Part shown: piece after piece, positions 23,431 through 36,986 of the stretch
Numbering within the stretch: the first letter of the stretch is position 1
How the letters are laid out: each line of letters starts with the position of its first letter
NCBI RefSeq assembly: GCF_036321535.1
Contig: NC_087472.1
Span: 93,250,001 to 93,314,000, forward strand
Source of the DNA: Camelus dromedarius
Lineage: Eukaryota
DNA length: 64,000 nt
Direction of reading: 5' to 3'
Made by a program: the position numbers and the translations under genes
Notes under the pieces: generated by a model
What the model saw: the letters and a program-made list of their open reading frames with translations, nothing else
What the model was told of the DNA's origin: nothing
The model's database searches: none

Positions 23431-26400
23431 AAGAGCATCAAACTACACAGGCAAAAACTGACAGAGCTGCAAGGAAAAATAGATGAATTCACTATCAAAG
23501 CTGGAGACTTCAAAACTCCTCTCTTAGAAATAGATCCAGCAGGCAGAAAATCAGCAAGGACACAGCTGAACTCAACAACACCATCAGTCAACTGGATATG
23601 ATTGACATCTATAGACTACTTCATCTGACAACAGCAAAATTCACATTTTTCTCAAGCTCACGAGGAACATTAACCAAGATAGACAACATCCTGGACCATA
23701 AAACACAACTTGACAAATTTTTAAAAACTAAAATTATATAATATCTGCTCTTGGACCACAATAGATTAGAATTAATTAGAAATTAATGTGAAATCTAAAA
23801 AGAAAAAGAAAAAAAAGGACACTATGAACTCATTTACAAAACAGAAACAGACTCGTAGACACAGTAAACAATCTATGGTTACCGGGGAAAGGAGGTGGGA
23901 AGGGATAATTTTGGGAGTTTGAGATTTGCAAATGTTAGCCACTATATATAAAAATAGATTTTAAATAACACAGGGAATTATATTCAATATCTTGTAATAA
24001 TCTTCAATGAAAAAGAATATGAAAATGAATATGTATGTATAAGCACGACTGGGATATTAGGCTGCATACCATAAACTGACACATTGTGACTGTACCTCAA
24101 TTTTAAAAAAAATCAGTAACAGAGACAGCAGGAAAATCCCCAGATACATGGACAATAAACAACACTTCTAAATAACATATGGGTCAAAGAATATTTGAAC
24201 TAAGCAAAAATGAAAAAAATCATGGGATGTAGCAAAAGCAATGCTTAGAGAGAAATTTATAGTACCATAATGCATCCATTAGAAAAGAAGATCTAAAACC
24301 AATAATCTAAAGTTCCTACCTTAGGAAACTAGAAAAGGAAGAGCAAATTAAATCCAAAGTAAGCATGAGGAAAAAAAATGAATGAGAGCAGAACTAACTA
24401 GAGAAAAATCAACAAAACTGAAAGCTAGTTGTTTGAAAAGATCAATAAAAACAGTAAGATGCTAGCCAGGCTAACTAATTAAAAAGAGAGAGAGGGGCAC
24501 AAATTACTAATATCAGAAATGAAGGAGGGGAACATCACTAAAGATTCCATAGACATTTAAAGGATAATAAAAGAATACTAATAACAACTCTGTGCCTTTA
24601 TTAAAGATATTAACTCAATAATTAATAACCTTCTGGAACAGAATGAACCATGGTCAGATGGGTTCACTGGTGATTTCTAACAAACATTTAAGGAAGATAT
24701 TACACCTATTTTCTATAATCTCTTTCACAGGACTAAGCACAGGGAATACTTACTAACTTATCCTATGAGGCCAGCATTACAAATATCAAAACTAGACAAA
24801 GACATTAAAGGAAAAAAGTAATACAGACCAATATCTCTCATGAACACAGATGCAAAAAACCTGAACAAAATATTAGCAAATCAAATCCAAAGAAGAATTA
24901 AAAGAATTATATACTACAACCAAGTGGGGTTTATTCTAGATATGCAAAGCTGGTCCAACATTTAAAAATCAATTAATGCAATCCATTGTATCACCAGACT
25001 AAAAAAGAAAAATCACATTATGATATCAACAGATGCAGAAAAAAATGTCTGAAACAAATCCAACATCCATTCATGATAAAATCTCTCCACTTGATAAAGA
25101 ATATCTACAAAACACCTACAGCTAACATCATACTTAACAGTGGGAAATATGAAACATTCCCACTAAGATCAGGTACAAGGCAAGGATGTACACTCTTGCC
25201 ACTCCTTTTCATCAACATACTGGAAGCCCTTGCTAGTGAAACAAGGCAAGAAAAGAAAAGGTGTATAGATTGGTAAGGAAGACATAAAATTGTCTTTGCA
25301 TCACATAAAGAAATCAGAAAGAATCAACAAAAAACCTCTTGGAACTAATAAGTGATTATAGTAAGGTTGCAGAATACAGGGTTAATATACAAGTCTATTG
25401 CTTTCCTATATACCAACATTGAACAAGTGGAATTTGAAATTAAAAACACAATACCATTTACACTAGCACACTCCCAAAATGAATACTTAGGTATAAATCT
25501 AACAAAATATGTATAACGTCTATATAAGAAAACTATAAAACTCTGATGAATAAAATAAAAGAGCTAGATAAATGGAGAGAGATTCCATATTCATGGATAG
25601 AAAGACTCCATATTGTCAACATGTTAGTTCTTCCCAGCTTGAGCTATAGAATACAATGCAATTCCAATAAAAATCTCAGCAAGTTGTTTTATGGATGTCA
25701 AAAAGCTGATTCTGAAGTTTACACAGAGAGGCAAAAGATCCAGAGTAGCCAAAATAATATTGAAGGAGAAGAGCAAAGTTGAGGATGGATGTTACCTGAC
25801 TTCAAGACTTACAGTATTAAAGACAGTGTGGTATTGGTGAGAGAACAGACAAATAGATCAATGAGACAGAACAGACAGCCCAGAAATAGAGCCACATAAA
25901 TATAATTAACTGATATTTGCAAAGGAGCAAAGGCAATACAATGGAGCAAAGAAAGACAGTCTCTTCAACAAACGGTGCTAGAACTGGACATCCACATGAA
26001 AAAAAAAACAAAACAAAACCTAGACACAGCCGTTCCACCCTTCACAAAAATTAACTCAAAGTGCATCACAGACTTAAATGTAAAACACAAAATTATAAAA
26101 CTCTTAGGAGGAAACCTAGATGACTTTGCGTATGGTAATGCCTTTTTAGATACAACACCAACCACGTGACCCATGAAAAAAATAACTGATAAACTTGACT
26201 TTATTAAAATTAAAAACTTCTGTTCTAACAAAGAATATCAAGAGATTTAGAAAACAAGCCACAGACTAGGAGAAAATACTTGCAAAAGACATGCTGGTAA
26301 GACTGTTATCCAAAATATGCAAAGAACTCTTAAAACTCAGCAGTAAGAAAACAAAGTAAAAAAAAAATAGGCCAAGGACTTTAACAGACACCTCACCAGA

Positions 26401-27310
26401 GAAGATACAAGGCAAATAAGCATATGAAAAGATGATCCACATCATATGAAATGAGGGCAATGCAACATAAAAAAATGAGGTATCACTACGTATCTATTAG
26501 AATGGCCAAAATCTGAAACATGGACAACAACAAATGATGGTGAGGATATGGAACATCAGGAACTCTCATACATTGCTAGTGGGAATGCAGAATGGTTCAG
26601 CACTTTGGAATCTAGTGTGGCAGTTTCTTACAAGGTTAAACATTCTCTTACCATATGACCTAGCAATTGTGCTCCTTCATATTTACCCAAAAGAACTGAA
26701 AACATATCCATACAAAAACCTGCACGTGGATGCTTATATCAGCTTTATTCATAATTGTCAAAACTTGGATGCAAACAAGACATTGTTCAGTAGGTGAACA
26801 ACTGTGGTATATTCAGACAATGGAATTTCTTCAGCACTAAAAAGAAATGAGCTATCCAGCCATAGAATGACAGGAAAGAACCTTAAATTCTTACTAAATA
26901 AAAGAAGCCAATCTGAAAAGGCTGTATTACTGTATAATTCCAAAAGGAAAAACCATGGAGACACTGGAAAGATCAGTGGTTTCCAGGGGAGGGAGGAGAT
27001 GAACAGGGAGAGAGCACAGAGGATTTTTAGGGCAGTGAAAATACTCTGTGTGATACTATCATGATGCATATATGTCATTATACTTTTGTCCAAACCCATA
27101 GAATGTACAACATCAAGGGTGAACCCTGAGGTGAACTATAAACTTTGGATAATTATATGCTAATGTAGGTACATCCTTGGTTTAAAAAAAAAAAAAAGTA
27201 CCACTCTGGTGAGTGATGTTGGTAATAGGAAAGGCTATGCATGTGCAGGGGCAAGGAGTATCTAACACATCTCTATACCTTCCTAAAAAGATTAAGTCTC
27301 AAGAAAAAAA
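23431..27310 (+). mobile_element. L1MC1-like element (~3.9 kb, ORF2 EN domain to 3'UTR)
   Basis: ORF 24986..25276 (PLRSGTRQGCTLLPLLFINILEALA); 3'UTR 'gaggatttttagggcagtgaaaatactctg...aaacccatagaatgtacaaca'. Confidence 0.85.
23787..24112 (+). mobile_element. Younger L1 3'UTR nested in the L1MC1-like ORF2
   Basis: 'acaaaacagaaacagactc...ggaagggataattttgggagtttgagatttgc...cctcaattttaaaaaaa'; host EN sequence resumes at 'atcagtaacaga'. Confidence 0.85.
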
Positions 27311-28115
27311 GGAATATTGAGAATAAGTGATCATGTCACATTAAATTTTAAAGAAAATCAAAGACTTCATAATGATCTAATTTTTAAACATGATTGGGGT
27401 GAAGCTTTTTTTGTCTTCTTTAAGAAGTTGCTAGCTAATAAGTTTGGAATAATACAATTAGGAAGCCACCAATTTTCAACATCTAAAGTAATAACTATAA
27501 TAACTGATGCCAAAACCACTAGGATTATTTGGTACTGAAGTACCACCCCACAGATTACTTACTAAATGCAAAGAAAAAACTATTATCATTACAATGGAGT
27601 CATCTGGTCAACAATTCATTGACTAGGCAGAATGGAGGATGTTATAAAAGATAACAGGCTAGATTCTTCAAAAATTTAATGCCATGAGAAACAAACAAAT
27701 ATAAAAAGTAACTTAGAAAAACAAAAAGGCAGAATTGTTTGAGGTTAAAAATGACATAAAAACAAAAATAAATTTGTGAACTTTGGACAAATTGTCTAAA
27801 AGACAACTTGAGGACAACTGAGGATATCAGAATACTGTCACTATATTATATTATAGAAATATTTTTATTTTTATTATTTTAAAAGTAGTAATGGTATTGT
27901 GGTTATGTATGAGTGTCCTTATTTGTAAGCTATACATGGTGAAGCACTTAAGGATAAAGTATGATGTCAAAAACTTTCTTATCAGTGGTTTAGCAAAATA
28001 ATATGCACATATACATAGATGTGGCAAAATGTTAACAATTGATGAATTTAGGTGAACAATAGTGAACCAGTGTTTATTATACTATTCTTTTAACTTTTCT
28101 AGACTTTTGAAAATA
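27311..28115 (+). mobile_element. L1MC4-like 3'UTR, right piece
   Basis: 'ccccacagattacttactaaatgcaaag...aatggtattgtggttatgta...gtggcaaaatgttaacaattgatgaatttaggtg'. Confidence 0.7.
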
Positions 28116-28129
28116 CCATCAAGAGATGC

Positions 28130-28960
28130 CTTAAAGACAGTAAATAGTCAAGTTACAAGCTGGGAATGTACCTGTCATCACACAAATGACAAACAATAAA
28201 TATTAGGAATATGTAAAAATCTTCTACAAATCACTAAGGAAACCAGAAACAGAAAACTGAGGGGAAATAAAGAACAGGCATTTAACAGATGATAAAAAAC
28301 TTCATGCTAATAAATTTGAAATGCATGTTCAAAAGAATATAGATGCACAGAATTTCTAATAGATAGCAAGAAGAGTCTATATTGGTACAACTACTTTGAA
28401 AAACATAAGGCACTATTTCATAAAAGTGTACCCATAGACATTTCCAATGGCTCTACAATTCCACCCTCAAGAGAAACTCATGTACTTACATTCAAAGACA
28501 ATGTAGGAACATCCATAGTGACACTGGTTTTTAAGAGCAAAAACCTGAAACAACCCAGTATTCATCATGAGAATAGATGAATGAATTATGTATGTTCACA
28601 AAACGGAGTATTGTACAGCAGTTAAAATGAATAAATTACATTGAGCTATGAGGACATATGTAAAACATAGAATTTTTAAAAAATCACAAAAGCTAACATG
28701 CTGCTTGTATATCTATATTTATAATATACAAATATAAAAATCTATGTCTATATATTGTTACATATACTTTTAAAGAATATATATAGATAATTTAAAACTA
28801 TGCAATTTAACCTAAGAAATGATGAACAAAGGATTCAGATGGCAATTCCATTATGTGAGGGTGAGCAGGCGAGTGGTTTGCATAGGATCACATAAGTAAT
28901 TTTAAGTTAGTATCAATGTTGAGTGGTGATATCCCAGGTTCTTTTTACATTATTACCATA
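28130..28960 (+). mobile_element. Ancient L1 (L1ME-like) ORF2 end and 3'UTR
   Basis: 'attggtacaactactttgaaaa...gcaaaaacctgaaacaaccc...gtacagcagttaaaatgaataaa'. Confidence 0.65.
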
Positions 28961-29779
28961 GATAAATTAAATAGATAAATACAAACACATACGCATATCT
29001 AACTAAGGTGTTAGGAACCAAGGATGAAGATTAATCTTCAATCCTGTGTCCCTGCGATCAGGTGGTATGATAAGCATTTGCTGTATGGAGTTCATGTTAA
29101 TTGCTACTGGCAACAGGCAATAGGAATATGGGGAAAGTCTGATGGCAAACTTTAAAGGATACTGGGGGTGAATTAAGTAGTTGTGTGTCTACTGTGTACC
29201 TTCTTAAAATCTCTATTGATATTTTGCCCCTTTTTAATTCCAAAAGGTTCACTGAGTATGACTTTGCCTCAGACTTCTGCAAAAATCTACTGGTTGTGTG
29301 GGTGGATCTATTCCTGAGAGTATCAACACTCTAATAAACCTGGATGTTTTGAGCTGTTTGTAAGAACAATTGGGCATGGTTTGAAAACCCTGGAGGAGGA
29401 AAGAGCAAATTAAGTTTAGAAGGTATTATTACCTTTTTTCTCCAAGTACAACTCCTAGACTAAGAAGCTTCATGGTCCCTCCCATTTTCCTGGGTGACGA
29501 GGTGAATTTAAAGTATGTCTCTCAAAATAAGGCTTTTTCTTTTTAAAAGTTTAGGTAATTCTCTGGGAAATAACATACCAAGGTAGATGTATTTCTATAG
29601 AATACTCAACAACATTCCTAAAACTATTTGAAATAAGTATCAGTGTAAGTAGCAAGTAGGTGATTTTAATCTGGAAAATTTTCACATTTTAAAACCCAGA
29701 GAGATGAATAAAAGTTGTATGCTCTTATTCATACTATTCCTCCAATCTACTTATTGGATTATTACTCATCTTTTTGAGT

Positions 29780-30103
29780 GTAATACTCACATGTGCAGGG
29801 TTAACTGGGGACTGGCTAGATGGCTCTGTTGAACTTGTCTGTGTTTAGTCACATGTCTGGAATCAGCTGACTGTTCACTGTGGCAACTACTCTCACCCGC
29901 ACTTCTCATCCTGCAATAGGCTGGCCAGGGCATTTCCAATGGTGACAAAAGAGGCCTGAGACACAAGCAGAAATATGGAAGACTCAGGTGGCACACCAAC
30001 AGCTGGTAAGTCACATGGCCAAATGCAGCATTAAAGGCAAACACCATTACAATGTGTAGATACAGGAAGAGGAACTAACTGGGGCTAGTTTTGCATTCTG
30101 TCG
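29780..30103. mobile_element. MLT1 (MaLR) LTR
   Basis: 'cttctcatcctgcaataggctggccagggcat...aagtcacatggccaa...gatacaggaagagg...ggggctagttttgca'. Confidence 0.7.
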
Positions 30104-30726
30104 CTGGCACTTATGTCTGTAACTGTTCCCTAATCATAGGTCTTTGAATAAGGCCAATTTTGGTCACCTCACATCCCTTCCCACTTCATCATAGTAGTTT
30201 AGATTGTTGGGGCTTCCCTCACCTCATCCCTATGAGAGTTGTTTTGCCCCCAGTTCCTGAGGGAAAGAATTCCAACAGTTGATCAGCTAGCTAGGTTGGT
30301 AAATACTGGTATCTATTTCTAATTTGGCAAGCATCACTTAATTTTTGTCTTATAGGTTATTATTTCAGATAAATATGCCTTCTTTAGAAATGACATGTCT
30401 TGAGGTTAACATGTTTTAAATATCTTAATTTTTCTCATAGAATTTAACCTGCTAATAGTAGTTGCTCACTAAATAATCAGTTGTTTAGTGGATATGTAAC
30501 TTCTGAGGCAGAAGAATCTGTTGTATCAAGGATAAAAAGCCCAGCTAAATGAAAGAATATTAAAATATGGATTTTCTAGAGGCATTACAGAAACGTATTG
30601 ATTTAAAAAACGGCTTGTTTAAAACCAATTAAATATTATTTTTTTTTCTTGATGGGACACTTTTTAAATTGACCTAGCAGAAGCTTATTATGAGGCATAG
30701 AAAAAGTGACTGCTGTTATTATAAAC

Positions 30727-30900
30727 CAATGATATTGTACCCTGGCTTCAGACTAGAATCACCTAGGGAGCTTTTTAAACAATACCAATGCCCAGGGTTC
30801 ACCATAGATCAATTAAATCAGTATCTCTGGAGGTGGAGCCTAAGCATCGATATATTTAAAAGCTCCCTCATGATTCTAATGTGAAGGTTGAGGACAGATG
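30727..30900. mobile_element. MER5-family hAT-Charlie MITE
   Basis: 'tagaatcacctagggagctttttaaacaataccaatgcccagg...aattaaatcagtatctctggaggtggagcc...aagctccc...gattctaatgtg'. Confidence 0.8.
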
Positions 30901-32712
30901 TTTTAAACTCTTCTAAAAATACCAAGAAGAAAGTTTGGAAATTGAGCAGTACACCTGGAAGCAACACACGGCTGTTAACTCGGATATTGCTAAACAATCC
31001 TGACAGATGAAACAGTATCCTAATTAATTGGTCTTCCTTAGTCCATTATGGGCCTTCACCTAGCAGCATTTTCAAAACACATTTTGGAAATGCTGAATTT
31101 CAGTTATTACAAAGTAGTTCACAGATGCTGGCCAAGCAAACTTACAATTTGACTTATATTGTGATATAAAATCGATTTGATATCACTGGGATGTAGCTCT
31201 CCTGATGAGAGCTGACAAAGACCAGCTGAGGCTTTAGCTAAATGATGTGTGAGAGCACTGAGTGGACAATTGGAGACTAATGAGATGATAAAGGATTTCA
31301 GATATGTGAGTTGATCAGCTACCTACCGAGACCCTCTCACTGTAGAAGAGAATTCCCTGGCTCAGGGCCCTCATTTCCATCTTAGGTGCAATCAAGGTTA
31401 GTGATATTCTGCTAAGTACTGTCTCTGCTCATTTTTGGAGGTGAAGAGAAGTGGGAGCCAGTAGGCATATCTTCTACCCCACATTTATATATAACTCCAG
31501 TCTAGTAAGTATTCCTATTAGCACTTGCATATAGTGGCACAGGGATGATTGGTGACAGCATTTATGAAGAGAGTTTGGGCCATAGATGGAAACCCTGTGG
31601 CCACTTGGGGTTGTACTTGCTGCTCCATAAACTGCTGACCCTGACCAAAATTCCCTGACCCCACCTGTCCACATTCTACCTTTATACCCAGAGCAGATTG
31701 ACTGTGTTAAGAAAAATGAGGTATGAGGCTATACTTTAAAGTCAAGACAAAATCAGGTTTTAAATTCTGAAAAATTCAATTGGATTTGGCAGTTACAACT
31801 TCAAGGAATTTAAAATACTTCATGATGAGATGGTATCAGACTGGAATGGAAAATACTGATAAAATATAAATGTATAAATAAAACAATCACAGGTTACTGA
31901 GCAATTAAAAAGTGTGAACAAATTAAAAGTCTCACTAAGACTGGACTAGAGAAGCAATTCTCCATACCAGCCTTAAGAAATGCTCCAGAGAACAAGTGTC
32001 CCAACATCATATAGAAAATGCTGCAAACCACAACCCCTTCTTAAAGGGTCACTGTATAGATGATCAGAGTAAAGGCCCAGAGAAATAATACAGTAAATAA
32101 GGTTTTACCTTGCTTATTCCAGAGTTTACAAATATTCTTACAGCCAGACCACTTTCTGTAATATGATGGAGATTACATCTTGGGGAACACTGAACTGGTA
32201 CTGTTCATGTAATTAACCACAGAGAGGTCTATCAGTTAAATGAAACATAAAGTCACACACTCTGAGTAAAATTGGGTAATTTACTCTTTCTTTAATTTCA
32301 CCAACAAATTTTAGGTGTGGAGATTATTTCATCCTTATAGGTTTCACCATCCACAAGAATATGGCTACTGAACTATACTACAAAATTTAAATCTAGATAT
32401 AGTTCTAAGGCAGTCCAGGGCAGAAATTCAAGAGTATGGTATCCAGGTCACTCACCTTTGAATGTAGTCCAAAGTAGGGGATAAGGAGGGTGGGGATGAG
32501 GAGAGTTGAAGTTTCTAGACCTACACTCTCTTTCTAGCCAGGGAAGAGGAGTGCAGGGAGCCTGGAGTGTCCTTCCAACCTCTGGGCCCTGGCCAGCGTC
32601 TTGTTTTATATATGCAAATAAACAATGTGTTTGGAAAAAATGTTTTTTCATGGTCTCCTGGCAAATATGGCACTTAGAATTTTACAATACTCTTTGTGCA
32701 GTCAAGCCAGAA

Positions 32713-33000
32713 TAGGTCATCTCTAATATGATTGTCTGGTATCCACAGGGGACTGGTTACAGGACCCACTGTGGATACCAAAACCCATGTATGCTCAAGT
32801 CCCATAGTCAGCCCTCCACCTGTGGGTTCCGCATCTACGAAAACAACCAACCGCAGATAGTATATTAAGTTTGTGACCTGCGTTTTGTTGAATCCGTGGA
32901 TGCACAACCCATGGAGGGCTGACTGTATATTTATTGAAAAAAACCCACATATGGGTGGACCCATGTAGTTCAAACACATGTTGTTCAAAAGTCAACTGTA
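32713..33000. mobile_element. MER2B-like TcMar-Tigger MITE
   Basis: 'ggtatccacaggggactggtt...tgttgttcaaaagtcaactg' followed by TA. Homologous, in opposite orientation, to 58442-58664. Confidence 0.85.
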
Positions 33001-33379
33001 CTTCTTTCTATAAAATAGTTTTCTCTCCCTCTCTACCCCTTCCTCTTTCCTTTCTTTCATTCTACCCCTTCCTTTTTGCTTTGTTTCATTATTTTATGTC
33101 TTCTTTATTTCTAAAAATAACCCATTTTAAAACATCCTAATTCACATCTTTTAGTCTCAAATTTTTAGAAATAGGTCCATTTAGATTCTAATTTACTCAA
33201 AACCCATTATTTCAAAATATAACTGTTGATATTGCACTGGATTATTATATTGTTTTTGCAACACTTAGCTTATTCTAAGTTTTACCAATAGAAAAAATTA
33301 CTTAATATTTATGCAGTTTCATTAATAGCATTTGAATATGAAATGTGCAGTAAATTCTTTTATCGTGCAGATAAAGAAT

Positions 33380-34939
33380 GAGGAATAAGGTACCAGCTCA
33401 AGGTGGTGACAAAGGAAGATCCTTGAACTCACCTCCATCCATGAACAAACTGAGTCTACAACTACTTATGGAACAACTTCCTCTTTAAAAAACCTAAACG
33501 CCGGCTGAGTGGACTACACATCAGGCAGATGAGAAGCAGAACACACTGAAGTAGGTAGGAGAGTCTGGAACCCAATCTCGCCATAGACCCCATCCCCAGC
33601 ATGCTGACACACAACCAGAAGGGAACTCAAAGCCCAGAACTTCTCCCCACGAGTGAAGGGTTTGAGCTTCACATTGGGCACCTCAAGTTTTAAGACCTGC
33701 ACCTAAGAGACAAGACCAAAAGCATCTGACTTTGAAAGTCAACCGAGTTTATGCTCCAAGACACAAAAAACTCTAGAGATCTGAGAAGCCGCTCTTGATG
33801 GGCTTGCAAGATCAGACTCACCTACCCCAGGGCCCAGCTAAGGAGCAGTTGACCGTGCCCAGATTTAAAGTGAAGGTGGCTTACCTGCTCATGTTAAAGT
33901 GTTGGCCTCAGGGGCAGGTATCCAACTAAACACACACATCTAGGAGCCTGGGGGAACACTCTCCAGGACAGAGACCAGCAGGTGCCATCTTCGTGCTCTC
34001 CCTTTGCTGTGCTCCAGCACACCAGTATATCCTGGCAGGGAGCTTTTACACATCTGGTGTACTGATTTTTTTGACTGCCACCCAGGGTGGACACCTCTTG
34101 ATCAGCTGATTCTGGAGGCCAGGAAGCTTGCGTTCCTGGTCCCATGGGACTATAATAATTATCACACTGAAAGGAGTTCATAACCCTGTCTGGTGCTGAA
34201 ATTTTTGTGGTTGCTGCCAGGGGACACCTCTACATTGCCTGGATCTGGTGGCCAGTTGAGCTTACGCTTGCAGGTCTATTGGGACTGCAACCAATGAAGA
34301 AAGAATTCTTAAATAGCTGCCATCCCCAGGGCACAAGAAGAGGAAAGAGACCCAAGAACTGTCTTTCTGTGAGAAAGGCTTATTAGCTAATCATGGCTGT
34401 GGCCTGAGGGTCAGGCTTCAGTTTTGGCACACACTGGTGAAACCACTGTGGAAAACAGTAAAAGAATTAAAAATAGAACTACCATATGATTCAGCAGTTC
34501 CACTTCTAGGTATTCATCCAAAGAAAACAAAAACACTAATTCGAAAAGATATCTGCATGACCATGTTCACTATGGCATTATTTATAATAGCCAAGATGTG
34601 GAAACAAGCTGAGTGACCACTGATGGAAGAATGGATAAATAAACTATGTTGTATATATGTGTGTGTGTGTGTATATATATATATACTTATATATATATAT
34701 ATATATAAGTATATATACACACACACAATGGAACATCATTTGGCCATAAAAAGAATGACATTTGCCATTCATGACAACATGAATGGACATTGAGATGAAT
34801 TATGCTAAGTGAAATAAGTCAGGCATAAAAAGATAAATGTTGTATGATGTTTTTACATGGGGAATTTAGGGGAAAAAAATCCAAACTCAGATTGGTGGTT
34901 GCCAACAGTAAGGGGTGGTGGGTAGGAGAAAAAACAAAA
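33380..34939 (+). mobile_element. Internally deleted L1: ~1.05-kb 5'UTR joined at ~34433 to the ORF2 end and partial 3'UTR
   Basis: 5' part is homologous to the 18321 L1 5'UTR (ctcaagRtggtg, tgaactcacctc, ggtaggag). 3' part begins 'ccactgtggaaaacagta...gaactaccatatgat'. A-rich end, with aaagaat at both flanks. Confidence 0.85.
34651..34727. repeat. (GT)n/(AT)n/(AC)n compound microsatellite forming a palindrome
   Basis: Read directly; perfect inverted symmetry at 34678-34717. Confidence 0.9.
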
Positions 34940-35314
34940 AAAGAATCTTGTAAGTCTCACTTATTTCATTTCTAGCACTCCATCCTAGGGGAAAAAAATA
35001 ATGAGAAATGACTTTACACTAGAATATCTACATATCTACATATCACCTCAGCAGAGCAGTTTTGATAATCAACTATTTAGATGTTATTTAGAGGAAGGAG
35101 TATTATAAAAGGTCATAGAATGACTTTGATGTCAGACAGAGTGGCATCAGTCAATAGGCAGAGCAGAAATCAGTCTTTCTAAAAGAATGAGAGTTAGACA
35201 AAGGTAAAGCTATGTGTATATAACCTCATAGCAGTATACATACACATACATCATTAATAAAAGGGATTTCTGATATAATGTTTCTAATACTATTCCTTTG
35301 GTGAAAAGTATAAC

Positions 35315-35580
35315 ATTGAGAACTAATACACTTGTATGAACTATAAGCCTGACACTATTTCAGATGCTTTACATGCATTAGTTTAATATCCAAAATGCTT
35401 TTATAATCTATAAAGAATATCTCCATTCTTACAGAAGAGGAAACTGAATTTCACACCACAAGTCTATGCCACTAGTGGCAAAAAAGATTTTTGGTGTGAG
35501 CGACTCCCACCCCCAGGTAGGATCTGAACACAGACACTATGAATCTACAGACCATACACTTATCCACTATACTACACTAG
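35315..35580 (-). mobile_element. MIR SINE
   Basis: 'gctttacatgcatta...ccattcttacagaagaggaaactga...ggatctgaac...ccactatactacact'. Confidence 0.65.
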
Positions 35581-36986
35581 CTTTTACTTTGAAAGAATCA
35601 TACGAAGGATACAGACCTAAACACCCCAGCCACTGCTTCCATAACTACACTGGTACTTGTCAAATTACATGTCTCATATTCTGTTTGCAAAACGTGACCA
35701 TGTGTGAAGAAATGTTGCTCTGTATGCAGCTTTTACCGAAAGCTATATTTATATTGGTGCTTAGTCACGCTGGCACTGCAACCAAGAATTTTATATAGGT
35801 ACAAAACACTGAAATATACTGAAATATATTTCGATTGAAATTGCAAGAAATATGGGACTTAAATTACTTGAATGGAAGATATTATGTTACATTTTACGAC
35901 CAAACCCAGAAAGGTTACATACACAAATCATTAGTTTTTAGGAAAAGGAAATTTTTGATTTCCATAAATATTTAGAAACTTACAAAAGTCTGGGTTATAA
36001 AACTGCTATTTTATGAAACAAATCTGATTTACTTCGCAAAGACAAAACAATGGGAAAAAATTCATTTTAGTTGCTTGTGGTAATTGAGAGAAATTTTAGC
36101 AAGGTATTTAAGTCACTGGTATTTGATTCAAAGAGACTGTTTTTGGGTGAGACAAAAAGATTCTCTTTGGACTTTAAGGCTCTAATTAGATGGCAGGGAG
36201 TATAATACAATTAATGAAAAAATAATTTGGCAGGAAAATGTATTTGAATCAAAAATAAGCTGATGGAAACATTTCACATAAAGTAGATTTAACTAGTTTG
36301 ACAAAGTATACATTAAAGAATATGTTGTTTATCCTTTTAAAATCCTATGATTCTAAGAATGGGAATATTTAAAAACTGTGTGGTATAAAGTTTCTAAAAA
36401 TCCCAAACATGCTTTCCTACTTAAAATGAGAGTTATTTAAAACAAATACCTGTAGATTTTAAAAATTATAATTTTCTGATAATGATTCTTTATTCTGCAA
36501 TGACTTGAATTTCACTACTGAATTAGTGAAACACACAAATAACATAGGTAAGTAAAAGATTTTTGTCTCAGTGTATGTTCTTATCTGTCCCAATTTCCAA
36601 ATTCCCTATAAATTTAATGCTGACTTTCCTCCAGACTACACCTTCTTAATTTCAGTGAAGGTGCTTTGATTTATACATAAAAAAAATTTAAACAGTGAGC
36701 CTACTTTTTAAAGAATTTCCTAAATGGTATAGTTTTAAAAATTATAAAATGATAAATGCAAGTCTTCATTGTTTCAAAAAAATTATGAGAAAAAGAAATT
36801 CAAAGCAGTCAATAAAATACTGACCATCATTCCTCAAATTTACCAAATTGATGAAATAATTTTAGGAAAGCTGAATCATTTTATTAAATGATGTATCCTT
36901 TCATAATTTAAAGAAAGACTATTGTAACATGAGAAATGAATCCTGATGGAAAGCCTGTTAATGTAGTTTCAAGAAACCATAGTTTG

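Noticed and set aside
35466..35798. 110-aa ORF
   Set aside because: Begins within a MIR and shows no similarity to any protein I recognise.
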